A DNA stretch of 64,000 bases from an uncultured Candidatus Binatia bacterium. Its GTDB lineage: Bacteria; Desulfobacterota; Binatia; Bin18. The number at the start of each line of letters is the position of its first letter. Position 1 is the stretch's first letter. Below, one piece after another: positions 29,288 through 39,369 of the stretch. The notes beneath the pieces are model-generated. The model made no database searches. It saw nothing but the letters and a program-made list of their open reading frames with translations, and had not been told where the DNA came from. The position numbers were made by a program, and so were the translations under genes. The DNA lies in assembly GCA_965214605.1 (NCBI GenBank), contig OZ243961.1:1088001-1152000 (forward strand), read 5' to 3'.

Positions 29288-31348
29288 ATGAGCTTCACAG
29301 GATCCGATTACCGCATCGGAGTTGACGTAGGCGGCACCTTTACAGACCTGCTACTTTTTGACCAACAAACCGGCCACCAGGTCAGGGCCAAGACCCCCTC
29401 GACTCCAGACGATCCGTCGGTCGGCGTGCTGGCAGGGATTGATAAGATCTGTCGGGCGGCCCAGATCCCTGCGGCCCAGATCACCCACATTATGCATGGC
29501 ACGACCGTAGCAACCAACGCAGTCCTGGAAGGCAAGGGTGCCCGGGTCGGCCTGATTACAACCGAGGGGTTCAAGCAGATCCTGCACCTGGCCCGCTCGT
29601 GGACGCCGGGTCCGCTGGCAGGCTGGATTACTATGGAGAAGCCCGATCCGCCTGCCGCAATTGAGTACACCCGAGAGGCTAAGGAGCGGATCGACACCCA
29701 CGGCAATATTGTCACCCCGCTCGACGAGGATGCGCTGCGAGACGCGCTAGACGACTTGGTCGGTCAAGCTATTGAAGCCCTCACCATCTCCCTGATTAAC
29801 TCGTATACCAATCAGATTCACGAAAAGCGGATTAAAGCCATTGCCCAGGAACTCTATCCCGATCTGCCGGTCACTGCTTCCTCTGAGGTTCTACCCGAGT
29901 TCCGTGAGTATGAGCGCACCCTGACCGCGGTGATGAACTCCTATGTCCGCCCTACCGTTTCGGTCTATTTACGGAATTTCGCCGATCAGTTGATTGATCA
30001 CGGGCTACGCGCAGAGGTGAATATCCTGCGCTCCGACGCGGGTCTGATGACCTTACGCATGGCCCAAGAACGGCCGGTGTACGCCGTCATGTCGGGTCCG
30101 GCCGGTGGGGTTGCAGGAGCGCTGTTTACCGCCACCACAGCCGGCTTTGGTAATATTCTCACCCTGGATATGGGCGGGACCTCAACCGACGTCGCGCTGT
30201 GTCAGAACGGCACGCAGACTATCGCCCGCGAGACAACACTGGGCTATTTTCCAATCAAAGTTCCCTCGGTTGATGTACGCAGCATTGGGGCTGGGGGTGG
30301 CTCGATTGCCCATGTGCCGGAGATTACGAATGCTCTGCGGGTTGGTCCGCAGAGCGCAGGGGCAGAGCCGGGGCCGGCGTGTTACGGTCGGGGCGGAACC
30401 CAACCAACGGTGACAGACGCTAATCTTGTGCTCGGCCATCTGCCCCCTCGACTGCTAGGCGGTGAGATGCGTCTGGACGAAGAGGCCGCGCACGCTGCGG
30501 TTGAGAGCGTAGGCCGCAAACTTGGTTTAGACGTCTATCGGGCCGCGCAGGGCATTGTGGATATTGTCAATGAGAACATACATGGCGCGTTACGCCTGGT
30601 CTCAGTGCAACGCGGCTATGACCCGCGCAATTTTGCACTCGTGGCTTTTGGTGGTGCAGGTCCCCTCCACGCCAACGCGGTGGCCAGCCTAATTGGCTCA
30701 TTCCCTCTCATCATCCCCCCCGCACCCGGGATACTATGTGCCACCGGCGATGTGTGTTCCGACTACCGTGAAGAGTTCGCTCGGACCGTACTGCGGACCC
30801 TGGACCAGCTGCCGGCGGCTGAGGTTAAACAGTTGCTCCAGGAACTCGGCAGCGAGGCCGCCGGCTGGCTTGAGCGCGAGGGCATTCCCCGCTCCCAGCA
30901 GGACATATTCTATAACGCCGACATGCGCTATTTCCGCCAAGGCTACGAGCTGCCGATCGTCATTACGCTCGAAGACTTACAGGCACAGGGGATCGGCATC
31001 CTAGCCGACCGCTTCCACGCTTTGCACGAACAGTTGTACCGCTTTCGGCTCGACGCGGAGTGCGAAATCGTCAACCTGCGGGCCGTGGCTCTGGGTAAAG
31101 GGGCGCGCTTCAGCCTGAACGCAGCGGACCTCGACGGCCCGGACGCGGCCCATGCCCAAACCGACGAGCACCGGACTTATTTTGACGGCAATTTTCTGCC
31201 CACACCAATCTATGATCGGTTCAAGCTCAGACCCGGTAACCGGCTCACCGGCCCAGCCATCGTTACTGAAATGGACTCGACCACCGTCGTCCTGCCGCAC
31301 TGTACGGCTGAGGTCGATCGCTACGCCAATATTTTGGTTCGACCGTAG
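29288..31348 (+). CDS. hydantoinase/oxoprolinase family A subunit (ATP-binding)
   Basis: GVDVGGTFTD, HGTTVATNA, SGPAGG, DMGGTSTD, GAGGGS, AFGGAGPLHA. Confidence 0.95.
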   Translation: MSFTGSDYRIGVDVGGTFTDLLLFDQQTGHQVRAKTPSTPDDPSVGVLAGIDKICRAAQIPAAQITHIMHGTTVATNAVLEGKGARVGLITTEGFKQILHLARSWTPGPLAGWITMEKPDPPAAIEYTREAKERIDTHGNIVTPLDEDALRDALDDLVGQAIEALTISLINSYTNQIHEKRIKAIAQELYPDLPVTASSEVLPEFREYERTLTAVMNSYVRPTVSVYLRNFADQLIDHGLRAEVNILRSDAGLMTLRMAQERPVYAVMSGPAGGVAGALFTATTAGFGNILTLDMGGTSTDVALCQNGTQTIARETTLGYFPIKVPSVDVRSIGAGGGSIAHVPEITNALRVGPQSAGAEPGPACYGRGGTQPTVTDANLVLGHLPPRLLGGEMRLDEEAAHAAVESVGRKLGLDVYRAAQGIVDIVNENIHGALRLVSVQRGYDPRNFALVAFGGAGPLHANAVASLIGSFPLIIPPAPGILCATGDVCSDYREEFARTVLRTLDQLPAAEVKQLLQELGSEAAGWLEREGIPRSQQDIFYNADMRYFRQGYELPIVITLEDLQAQGIGILADRFHALHEQLYRFRLDAECEIVNLRAVALGKGARFSLNAADLDGPDAAHAQTDEHRTYFDGNFLPTPIYDRFKLRPGNRLTGPAIVTEMDSTTVVLPHCTAEVDRYANILVRP

Positions 31349-31711
31349 ACGTGGCGGGAGGAAAGCAAGCTAGAGCATGGATGAACAGTCCCTCGACCTT
31401 GCTCAACGAGCAGTCATCGCCTTGGCAACGGTGCCAAAGCCTGAAAAGCCTGAGATGTCTCCCGGTGACTGAGTAGCCCTGAGAGTCGGCATGTCCCACG
31501 GTTTGCTCATTGTCTGGGGCTTCTGTAAGGTGCATACTAGAGAGTGGAGAATGACTAGACGTTCGCGCAACGCAAGAAAGAAAAGTAGGCACTCTATCCA
31601 CCCGGTATGACCTGCACGTGGTCGAGTTGACAGACAGCGAGTTCCAGAACCTTGACGACAACCTAGTGCAGCCCCTGCTCCTCTTCGGCATCAATTGCAC
31701 CTGACACATCT

Positions 31712-32407
31712 ATGACAGTAGCCTCCCCCCTTCTCCCCGACCCAATAGCCAAGCTGGTCGCTGGCGCCTTAGCCTTCCGCCAGGACGAATACGGAGCTGG
31801 CAGCAGCCTCATGCCCCGTTTGGCCGCTGGCCAGCAGCCCCACGTCCTGATGATTGGATGCAGCGACTCGCGCGTTGATCCGGCCCTACTCTGCGGTACA
31901 AGGCCTGGCGATCTATTCGTTGTTCGCAATGTCGCTAACCTAGTGCCGGCCTATGACCAGCGCGACAGCCTGGGCCAGGGGGTGCGCGCAGCTCTCGAAT
32001 ATGGCGTGAAAGCGCTGAAGGTTTCACACATCGTCGTGCTCGGCCACTCCCACTGCGGCGGCATCCGGGTCCTGATTGATACAGCCCGAGGCAGAGCGCC
32101 TGCATTTGAATGTATCGGCCCATGGCTCAGCCTGGCCGGCGATGTCTGCGACCGAGTGTTGAAGCAGCTGGCCGCGGATTCCTCAAAACATGTGACCACA
32201 GAGCAGCTGCCAACCTACGCTCCGCTGGTCGAGCGCCAAGCCGTCCTGCACTCTCTTCACAACCTCCGCACTTATCCCTGGATCAGCACCAGAATCGCCA
32301 GCGAGACATTGAGCCTACACGGCTGGTGGTTTGATCTCGATTCCGGGCGGCTATGGACGACCCAAGCGCCGGCTTCGGACAAGCTCACCCTGCTTGAGGC
32401 CGAGTGA
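31712..32407 (+). CDS. beta-class carbonic anhydrase
   Basis: CSDSR, VVRNVAN and GHSHCGG zinc-ligand motifs. Confidence 0.93.
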   Translation: MTVASPLLPDPIAKLVAGALAFRQDEYGAGSSLMPRLAAGQQPHVLMIGCSDSRVDPALLCGTRPGDLFVVRNVANLVPAYDQRDSLGQGVRAALEYGVKALKVSHIVVLGHSHCGGIRVLIDTARGRAPAFECIGPWLSLAGDVCDRVLKQLAADSSKHVTTEQLPTYAPLVERQAVLHSLHNLRTYPWISTRIASETLSLHGWWFDLDSGRLWTTQAPASDKLTLLEAE

Positions 32408-32487
32408 ATGAGTCCCTGGCCGTCGGCTTTTCTCTAAGCGCCCTATCTGGTAGCTGAAGGGGAGAGTTGGCAGAGAGGAGCACAACT

Positions 32488-34377
32488 ATGCGCGACGTGA
32501 ACATCGCTACTATTCCAGACCTTGAGGTTGACCCGGTAACGCTCGACATCATTGAGAGTGCGCTCAAGAACTATCGCTACGAAATGGACGCGGTGCTGTA
32601 CCGTACCGCCATGTCGCCCGTTATTCGGGAACAGCACGACGAGTTTCCGATGATTTGCGACCCCAACGGTCGGATGGTCGTCGGCCAGTTCGGCTCGTAT
32701 ATCCGGGAGATGATGGACGGCTTCGACCGTCCAATCTACCCCGGCGATGTTATCCTGCTCAACGACCCCTATCTGTGCGGCGGAGCGATCTCGCATATCA
32801 ACGATTTTTTGGTTTTAGTCCCGATCTTTGACGGCGATGAGCTAATCGGCTGGACGTCGATGTTTGGCCACCAAATGGATGTCGGTGGCCCTCTGCCCGG
32901 CTCTTTTCCGACCAACGCCACCTCCATTTTTGGCGAGGGGCTGCGTATCCCACCGGTCAAGCTGTTTGAGAAGGGCGCCCTGAACGAGGATATCTTGCAT
33001 TTGATTCTCAACAATGTGCGCATCCCGATCATGAACCGCTCCGATCTGATGGGCATTGTGGCCGGCTGCAAAACCGCCGAGCAGAGAGTCACAGAGCTGT
33101 GTGAGCGGTTTGGCCGCGACACGTATTTGGCTGCTTGTCAGGCCCTGCTCGACCGCACCCGGCGAGCCATGCAGACGCTCATCAAGCGCAATATTTCGAC
33201 CGAACCGCAGTCTTTTGAGGACTATGTTGACGACGACGGGCTAGGCAACGGACCGTTCAAAATGAAACTCACTATTTGGCGTGAAGAGGAGAAAGTCGTC
33301 TTCGACTGGACCGGCACAGACCCGCAGGCGGCCGGGCCGATTAACTTCTACCTGAACGAAGGTATGTTCAAAATGTTCATCGGCGTCTACCTGATCATGG
33401 TCTATGACCCGCAGATTCTGTTCAACGACGGCTTTTATGATCTGATTGAGGCGCGCTTGCCCGACGGCTCCCTGCTCCACCCCAAGTTTCCAGCGGCCCT
33501 CGGCTGCCGCACCCACGCCCTAGCTCGGCTGTTTGACGTGATGAGCGGTTGCCTCGGCCAGAAGAGCCCCGAGCTGACCACCGCGGCTGGCTACGGCACC
33601 AGCCCCCACCTGCTGTATAGCGGAACCGACAAAAAGGGGGAGTTTTTCTTTATTATGGAGATCAGCTACGGCGGCATCCCGGGCCGACCGGTCGGCGACG
33701 GCATAGACGGCCATTCGTGGTGGCCGCTGTTCACCAATATTCCGACTGAGTATTTGGAGAGCTACTGCCCACTGCGGATTGATCGTTACGCCTCGGTGAT
33801 GGATTCCGGCGGAGCCGGCCTGCACCGCGGAGGCAATGGCATAGATAAATGGTATACTTTTCTAGAACCCGGTGAGATCGCCATTCATGACGATCGTTGG
33901 TTGACCCCGCCGTGGGGGATCTTGGGCGGCAAGCCGGGCATGCGGTCCAAAAAAATCCTGATTCGTACAGATGGCAGCCAAGAAGTCTTGCCCTCGAAGT
34001 GCGATCAAATCAAAGTTGAGTCAGGTGACCAACTGATCTACCAGACAGCTGGCGCCGGAGGTTGGGGAGACCCGCTGAAGCGAGCGGCAGAGAAAGTGCG
34101 CAGCGATGTGGTGCGGGATCTGGTGTCTGTTGACAAGGCGCGGCGCGAGTACGGTGTTGTGCTTGATCCAGACACCGCTCAGGTCGATCAAGACGCCACC
34201 GGTCAGCTGCGTGAACAGCTGGCCCAAAAGCGGGACGAGCAGCCCACCTTTGACTTCGGTCCCCCATTGCCCGAGTTGCTTGCTCGTTGCAAACAAGAAA
34301 CCGGTTTGGAGCCGCCGACTCCGCCGAGCCTGCCGGACAACTGGGCCGTCAATGGAGCCAAGAAACGGGCGGCCTGA
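32488..34377 (+). CDS. hydantoinase B/oxoprolinase family B subunit
   Basis: DPVTLDII, SPVIREQHD, NDPY..HIND, HQMDVGG, DSGGAG.HRGG, GGWGDP. Confidence 0.95.
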   Translation: MRDVNIATIPDLEVDPVTLDIIESALKNYRYEMDAVLYRTAMSPVIREQHDEFPMICDPNGRMVVGQFGSYIREMMDGFDRPIYPGDVILLNDPYLCGGAISHINDFLVLVPIFDGDELIGWTSMFGHQMDVGGPLPGSFPTNATSIFGEGLRIPPVKLFEKGALNEDILHLILNNVRIPIMNRSDLMGIVAGCKTAEQRVTELCERFGRDTYLAACQALLDRTRRAMQTLIKRNISTEPQSFEDYVDDDGLGNGPFKMKLTIWREEEKVVFDWTGTDPQAAGPINFYLNEGMFKMFIGVYLIMVYDPQILFNDGFYDLIEARLPDGSLLHPKFPAALGCRTHALARLFDVMSGCLGQKSPELTTAAGYGTSPHLLYSGTDKKGEFFFIMEISYGGIPGRPVGDGIDGHSWWPLFTNIPTEYLESYCPLRIDRYASVMDSGGAGLHRGGNGIDKWYTFLEPGEIAIHDDRWLTPPWGILGGKPGMRSKKILIRTDGSQEVLPSKCDQIKVESGDQLIYQTAGAGGWGDPLKRAAEKVRSDVVRDLVSVDKARREYGVVLDPDTAQVDQDATGQLREQLAQKRDEQPTFDFGPPLPELLARCKQETGLEPPTPPSLPDNWAVNGAKKRAA

Positions 34378-34428
34378 GAAGGAGAAAAATCGAAGGCCAA
34401 GGGTCCAAAACTCTTTGGGGAAGACACG

Positions 34429-35184
34429 ATGGGGAAACTCGACAATAAGATCGCCCTCGTCACCGGCTCCAGCAGCGGCATCGGAAAGACTGTTGCTCTA
34501 GCCTTTGCCGACCAAGGCGCCGATCTCGTCCTCAACTATCCGAATGATTCCCAGCTGCAAAACGTCACTCGCGTCAAGGAAGACATTGCCGCCTTCGGAC
34601 GCCGGGTGATCGCCGTCCGAGCCGATGTCTCCCAGGAAGACCAGGTGCAGAGCTTAATTGACACGACCGTTCAAACCTACGGACGGATTGATATTCTGGT
34701 CAATAATGCCGGGATCGGCACGGCCAGCCTGGTCGAGAACATGTCGATCACGATGTGGGATGAAATGCTAGCTGTCAACTTACGCAGCGTCTTCCTATGC
34801 ACCCGTCTAGTTTTACCGCTCATGTATCAACAAAACTCCGGCAAGATCATTAACACCGCCTCACAGCTTGCCTATAAAGGCGCGCCGGGACTCAGCCATT
34901 ACTGTGCGGCCAAAGCCGCCATCATTGGCTTTACTCGCTCCCTGTCACACGAGATCGGCACCCGGAATATTAACGCTAACTGTGTGGCGCCAGGTGCAAC
35001 CCATACCCCTCTTGTGGACGGTCTCAACAAAGAAGCGGTTGAGGCGATTCGGGCGGCTATTCCCAAGGGCCGACTGGCGACGGTGGATGAAATTGCTCCA
35101 ACCTATGTCTTTTTGGCTTCAGACGAATCGCGGCACTTTGTTGGCCAGTGCCTCAGCCCCAACGGCGGAGACGTCATGCTCTAA
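34429..35184 (+). CDS. short-chain dehydrogenase/reductase (FabG-like)
   Basis: TGSSSGIG, NNAG, YCAAK, PNGG. Confidence 0.92.
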   Translation: MGKLDNKIALVTGSSSGIGKTVALAFADQGADLVLNYPNDSQLQNVTRVKEDIAAFGRRVIAVRADVSQEDQVQSLIDTTVQTYGRIDILVNNAGIGTASLVENMSITMWDEMLAVNLRSVFLCTRLVLPLMYQQNSGKIINTASQLAYKGAPGLSHYCAAKAAIIGFTRSLSHEIGTRNINANCVAPGATHTPLVDGLNKEAVEAIRAAIPKGRLATVDEIAPTYVFLASDESRHFVGQCLSPNGGDVML

Positions 35185-35272
35185 GACATTCGGCCGACCC
35201 TTCTCTTCCCTTTTCTCCGCCCTCTGCCTCCTGCCTTGTCACACCTGGTCCACCCAGATACACTCGGCCGCC

Positions 35273-36508
35273 ATGCCTCAACCGCCCTCCGCCTCCACGG
35301 TGTCATCCCAGCTGTCCCAGGATCCGACTCCCCAACCAACCCTGTTCACCTCCAATTACGTGCTGCTATGTGTCAGCGCTTTTCTGTTTTCGGGTAGCAT
35401 GTTCATACTGTTTGCGGTTCTACCGCTGTTCGTTGTTCAGGAACTGCATGGAGCAGAATCCCAGGTCGGCCTCATTATGGGTGCGTTTGCCATCTCGGCG
35501 GTGTTGACTCGACCTTTCTCTGGACTGCTGGTTTCGATCTGGAGCCGAAAAAGCGGGCTAAGCATCGGAACCTTCATCTATTTCCTGGCTCCTGCCCTGT
35601 ACACCTTGGCCGGATCAGTGTCGCTCATGCTAGGCCTACGTTTTTTTCACGGCATCGGCATTGCCATCTATACCACCGCGTCGAGCGTATTTGTCGCCGA
35701 CCTGTCTCCTCCCTCCCGGCGTGGAGAAGCCATGGGGTATTACGGCATGGCGCTGAACCTGTCGATGACAATCGGCCCAGCCCTAGGCGCCTATCTGGTC
35801 GGCAAGATCGGCTTTATCAATCTGTTTTGGCTGTCCGCAGCGCTGGCGCTAGCTAGCTTCTTGCTCACCCTGCTCCTGCACGAACCCCACCGTTCTCCAC
35901 CACCGCCTCAGACCCCGGCCAAGCGTCCGCCCTTATTCCACCGGTCCGCCCTGTTTCCGGGGCTGATTGCGGTCTGCATGACCATGACCTTTGGCACGGT
36001 CGTGTCCTTTCTGCCGCTGTTTGTGCAGGCTCACCAACTCGGCAACCCAGGTCTGTTCTTTACCGTATACTCCATTGCTGTAGTTGTCTCGCGTCCCTTT
36101 GCTGGCCGGCTGTCAGACCGCTTTGGCCGGCCGGTGGTGATCATCCCCGGTATGCTGCTGCTGACTATGGCGATGACTATCTTGGCGTTCTCAAGTAGCC
36201 AGTTCGGAATGCTCAGCGCGGCTGTCTTTCAAGGCTTCGGCTTTGGTGGTGTCCAGCCATCACTGATGGCCCAGGTGGTCGATCGCTCAACCGACCACGA
36301 TCGTGGTCCGGCGCTGGCCACGCTGATGGGGGCATTCGATGTAGGTGTCGGTCTGAGCTCGGTCGGTCTAGGCCTGGTCCTGGGAGCCACAAGCTTTCCC
36401 GTTACCTTTCTATGCGCAGCCGGGATTGGTCTGTTTGGCGCCGCGGCGTCGACCTGGGACGCGTTCTTGCGTCAACCGGCTCAGTCCGTCCCTGGCAAGA
36501 CCTTGTGA
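35273..36508 (+). CDS. MFS transporter
   Basis: About 12 TM helices; GRLSDRFGR motif A; RRGEAMG. Confidence 0.9.
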   Translation: MPQPPSASTVSSQLSQDPTPQPTLFTSNYVLLCVSAFLFSGSMFILFAVLPLFVVQELHGAESQVGLIMGAFAISAVLTRPFSGLLVSIWSRKSGLSIGTFIYFLAPALYTLAGSVSLMLGLRFFHGIGIAIYTTASSVFVADLSPPSRRGEAMGYYGMALNLSMTIGPALGAYLVGKIGFINLFWLSAALALASFLLTLLLHEPHRSPPPPQTPAKRPPLFHRSALFPGLIAVCMTMTFGTVVSFLPLFVQAHQLGNPGLFFTVYSIAVVVSRPFAGRLSDRFGRPVVIIPGMLLLTMAMTILAFSSSQFGMLSAAVFQGFGFGGVQPSLMAQVVDRSTDHDRGPALATLMGAFDVGVGLSSVGLGLVLGATSFPVTFLCAAGIGLFGAAASTWDAFLRQPAQSVPGKTL

Positions 36509-36804
36509 ACAAGCCACCATGCCCATTCGATAAGTGCAGCGACTTTTGATCCGCCCCCTGTCAGGAAGCTGCGACTGTTGGCATGCCCGAAGGGCAAGTG
36601 GAGGGCCAAGCCCAAGTCAGCGTCGAATTGGTCGCAGACCGATTTGTCCTACAAGCAAACCTCGACTAGAGCCTGAAAGAGCTGGAATCGTGTCTCACGC
36701 TCCGCTTGGGGAAGGGGCCGGTCGTGGCGGTTCGTCTTATCACGGCTCTGGCAAAGCTGTTGCAGAGCGGTAGGGGCAGGGCCCCTTCCCGGCCCGGTTG
36801 TAGA

Positions 36805-37632
36805 CTACTGCTCGAACTGAATCGAAAAGCCTTCGCGCTCGTTGTTCTCCTTATCAATCAAGATCGTGCTGGCCGAACTGTAAGTACCCATCGGATAGAA
36901 CAGAAAGCCGCTCACTCGTTGCCCCGGTTGCAGGGTTTCCACCTGCAGAGCCTTACTCTGGCTGCCCGCCGGTGCCGTAATTGGTGTGACCCGTCCTCCC
37001 CCGGCAACGCGCAGATAAACCTTGTCGAGCTCAATCCCATACGGTCGTGAAGTATTGTTGTGGATCTCAACTTTGATCGGCAGGATGCCGCTGGCCGGCA
37101 AATCGGACCCCAGTTCGATCTGAGACTCAAAGCCGTCGAAGGGGGTCAGGGTCATATTCAGCCCGCCCTTGGCTTCTTGTTTGTCATACGCTTCCTGGTT
37201 AGCAGCTAAGATACCAAAGGTCCGGGCAAAATTATTATGAAAACCGCCGGGTCGCTCAGCCGCGCCGATCAGCGATGGGACTGCCACCCCGCCCCGCTCG
37301 GGGACTACGGTGACCCCGTCAGCGCCACAGGTGATGGTGACTCGGCCACCCTCGCCTTGGCGCGCCTCCGTATTAGTGCCAGCAATGATGTAGCCGGGCG
37401 AGCCAGGGGTGGCGACCTGGACCGACTTCACCGGATGGCCCAGTATCTGGACTGCCCGGTAGGCTAAACGGTTGGCCTGTTCACAGCCCAGCTTTGGAAC
37501 AGACACCGTCCGAGTCCGGGGCGGCATAGTTGGGGTACAGCTTGTCAACACTAGCCCGGCTGCACATACCGAGAAAAACAGCACTTGGTGATATAACACA
37601 ACTCCTCCCAAGAACTCGCGTTGTTCTAGCAT
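36805..37632 (-). CDS. hypothetical lipoprotein
   Basis: Lipobox LVLTSC; start codon uncertain. Confidence 0.65.
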   Translation of the reverse strand: MLEQREFLGGVVLYHQVLFFSVCAAGLVLTSCTPTMPPRTRTVSVPKLGCEQANRLAYRAVQILGHPVKSVQVATPGSPGYIIAGTNTEARQGEGGRVTITCGADGVTVVPERGGVAVPSLIGAAERPGGFHNNFARTFGILAANQEAYDKQEAKGGLNMTLTPFDGFESQIELGSDLPASGILPIKVEIHNNTSRPYGIELDKVYLRVAGGGRVTPITAPAGSQSKALQVETLQPGQRVSGFLFYPMGTYSSASTILIDKENNEREGFSIQFEQ

Positions 37633-37675
37633 CTAGTGTATCAAATACTTCTGACCTAGGCGATGACGGGTATTG

Positions 37676-38239
37676 CTAACGCCCATCCTTCAACTCGTCT
37701 CGAAGCCGGCCCAACTCTTGCATCATGGCAATGATATCGGCCAAGGAATAGTGGGCGTTACGCGGGCTGGTCGAAGGCAGAGTAAACACCCGTGCCCCAC
37801 CAAAGCTTTCGGTCTGGCGACCGATGCGGATCTGCTTTGTTCCGCAGCAGGCCCGGTAGCCGGTTAAGCCGTTGAAGCACACGATGCGCGGGCGATAGCG
37901 CACAATCTTCTCGTGCAGCTGCCGCGCTCCGTGACGGAACTCCTCAGCCTGCAGTTCATGGATGCCGCGGGTCGGTCGTTTGACCACATCGGTCAGCCCA
38001 ATCCCCCAGTCCAACAATCGCTCCTCGTCCCCGGGAGCGACCGGCTCGGGAACCAGACCGGAGGCTGACAGTGCGGTCCAAAACCGATTCTGCTTCCGGG
38101 CAAAATAGCGTCCGATCTGGGCCGAATAGTAGCCCGGATTTATGCCGACCAACACAATATCCAGGTTATTGCGCAGATAATCGGGCAGGTTGCGGAGCGT
38201 TTCCGGATGCGGTTTGTAGGGACGTGAAGGGCGCGCCAT
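37676..38239 (-). CDS. mug: G/U mismatch-specific DNA glycosylase
   Basis: GINPG, NRFW, IGLTD, LPSTSP.N motifs. Confidence 0.88.
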   Translation of the reverse strand: MARPSRPYKPHPETLRNLPDYLRNNLDIVLVGINPGYYSAQIGRYFARKQNRFWTALSASGLVPEPVAPGDEERLLDWGIGLTDVVKRPTRGIHELQAEEFRHGARQLHEKIVRYRPRIVCFNGLTGYRACCGTKQIRIGRQTESFGGARVFTLPSTSPRNAHYSLADIIAMMQELGRLRDELKDGR

Positions 38240-38247
38240 GGTGAGCC

Positions 38248-39345
38248 TCAGCTTTGCCTATCACGGAGGCGAGCGTACTGGTATCGCAGGGCACGGTTGG
38301 ACCATACGCCAAGGAGGGAAGGCAGCACGATTCCATACACCTGGGAGCGCGTAATCTTGATCTGGACGTCGGGGTTGAGCAGCTGACACGAACCTCGGAT
38401 GCGGGTCAGGGTCGAGACGCCGATGAGCAGGGGCCAGGCGCAGGCCAGACGCAGTCTCCACTCCCGGCGCGGAACCGCTAGGGTGTAGCGCCACCCGGCC
38501 TGATAGTGAGATAGGGTAAGCTCAAGCAACTCATTGAGCAAGGGTCGTATACGGCTGAGATTGGCTGGCTCGAATAATTCCTCGGGTTTCACCCCCAGTC
38601 TGTTGAGGTCTTCGTGGGGCAGATAACATCGCCCCAGACGCAGGTCGCAGGCTAGGTCGCGCAAGATATTGGTCAGTTGCAAGCCTTTGCCAAACCGAAC
38701 GCCGTATTCGGCCATGACTGCAAGATCCCAGTCACGAAGAGCCGGACGGTGGGCGACCGCTGTCTTGGTCCAGAACTCTCCGACACAGCCGGCCACGTAA
38801 TAGGTGTACTGATCGAGATCGTGGCGGGAGCGTAGCGCGACCGCCCTGCTGGCCGCCCCTTCGTCTTCAGGCGGAAAGACCGTGAGATCCATCTGCATCC
38901 CTTGGGTGAGGGTCAGAACCAGCTCACGAATCCGCTGTTGATCGTCTGGTCCAAGCCTGGATAACAGCTCAAAACAGGCGCCAAGCTGCAACAGCAGTTC
39001 GCGTTCCGCAGGGCCGTGCAGTTGCTCGCCCAGCTGCCGCTGGAGATCGGGCAACGGGCTGAGATCCCCCTGAGAAAAAGCCAGACGATAGCGCTCAAGC
39101 TGGATCAGCCGTTGGCTTGGGGACAGCAGCGCAGTATCGGCGATTGTATCTGCAGCACGACAGAACAGGTAGGCTAAGCCCAACGATAGGCGCACGCTAG
39201 ACGGCAGGACGCGCAGGCTCAGATAAAAGGAGCGACTAACCCGAGGCAGAATATCAAAGAGGAGCCGGGAAGCTGTTTGGTCGTGCACCATGCGGCTCAA
39301 GACATACGCGCCTGCACCGTCCAGGTCAACACGGTGCGGATGCAC
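38248..39345 (-). CDS. squalene/phytoene synthase family protein (single-subunit SQS-like)
   Basis: VSRSF, CRAADTIAD, YYVAGCVG, LQLTNILRD, GRCYLP. Confidence 0.88.
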   Translation of the reverse strand: MHPHRVDLDGAGAYVLSRMVHDQTASRLLFDILPRVSRSFYLSLRVLPSSVRLSLGLAYLFCRAADTIADTALLSPSQRLIQLERYRLAFSQGDLSPLPDLQRQLGEQLHGPAERELLLQLGACFELLSRLGPDDQQRIRELVLTLTQGMQMDLTVFPPEDEGAASRAVALRSRHDLDQYTYYVAGCVGEFWTKTAVAHRPALRDWDLAVMAEYGVRFGKGLQLTNILRDLACDLRLGRCYLPHEDLNRLGVKPEELFEPANLSRIRPLLNELLELTLSHYQAGWRYTLAVPRREWRLRLACAWPLLIGVSTLTRIRGSCQLLNPDVQIKITRSQVYGIVLPSLLGVWSNRALRYQYARLRDRQS

Positions 39346-39369
39346 GGGGAGGCACCCCCGTGGAGCCCC

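Noticed and set aside
34868-35272. N-terminal extension of the MFS ORF overlapping the SDR
   Set aside because: Transporter-like sequence begins only near ATG 35273.
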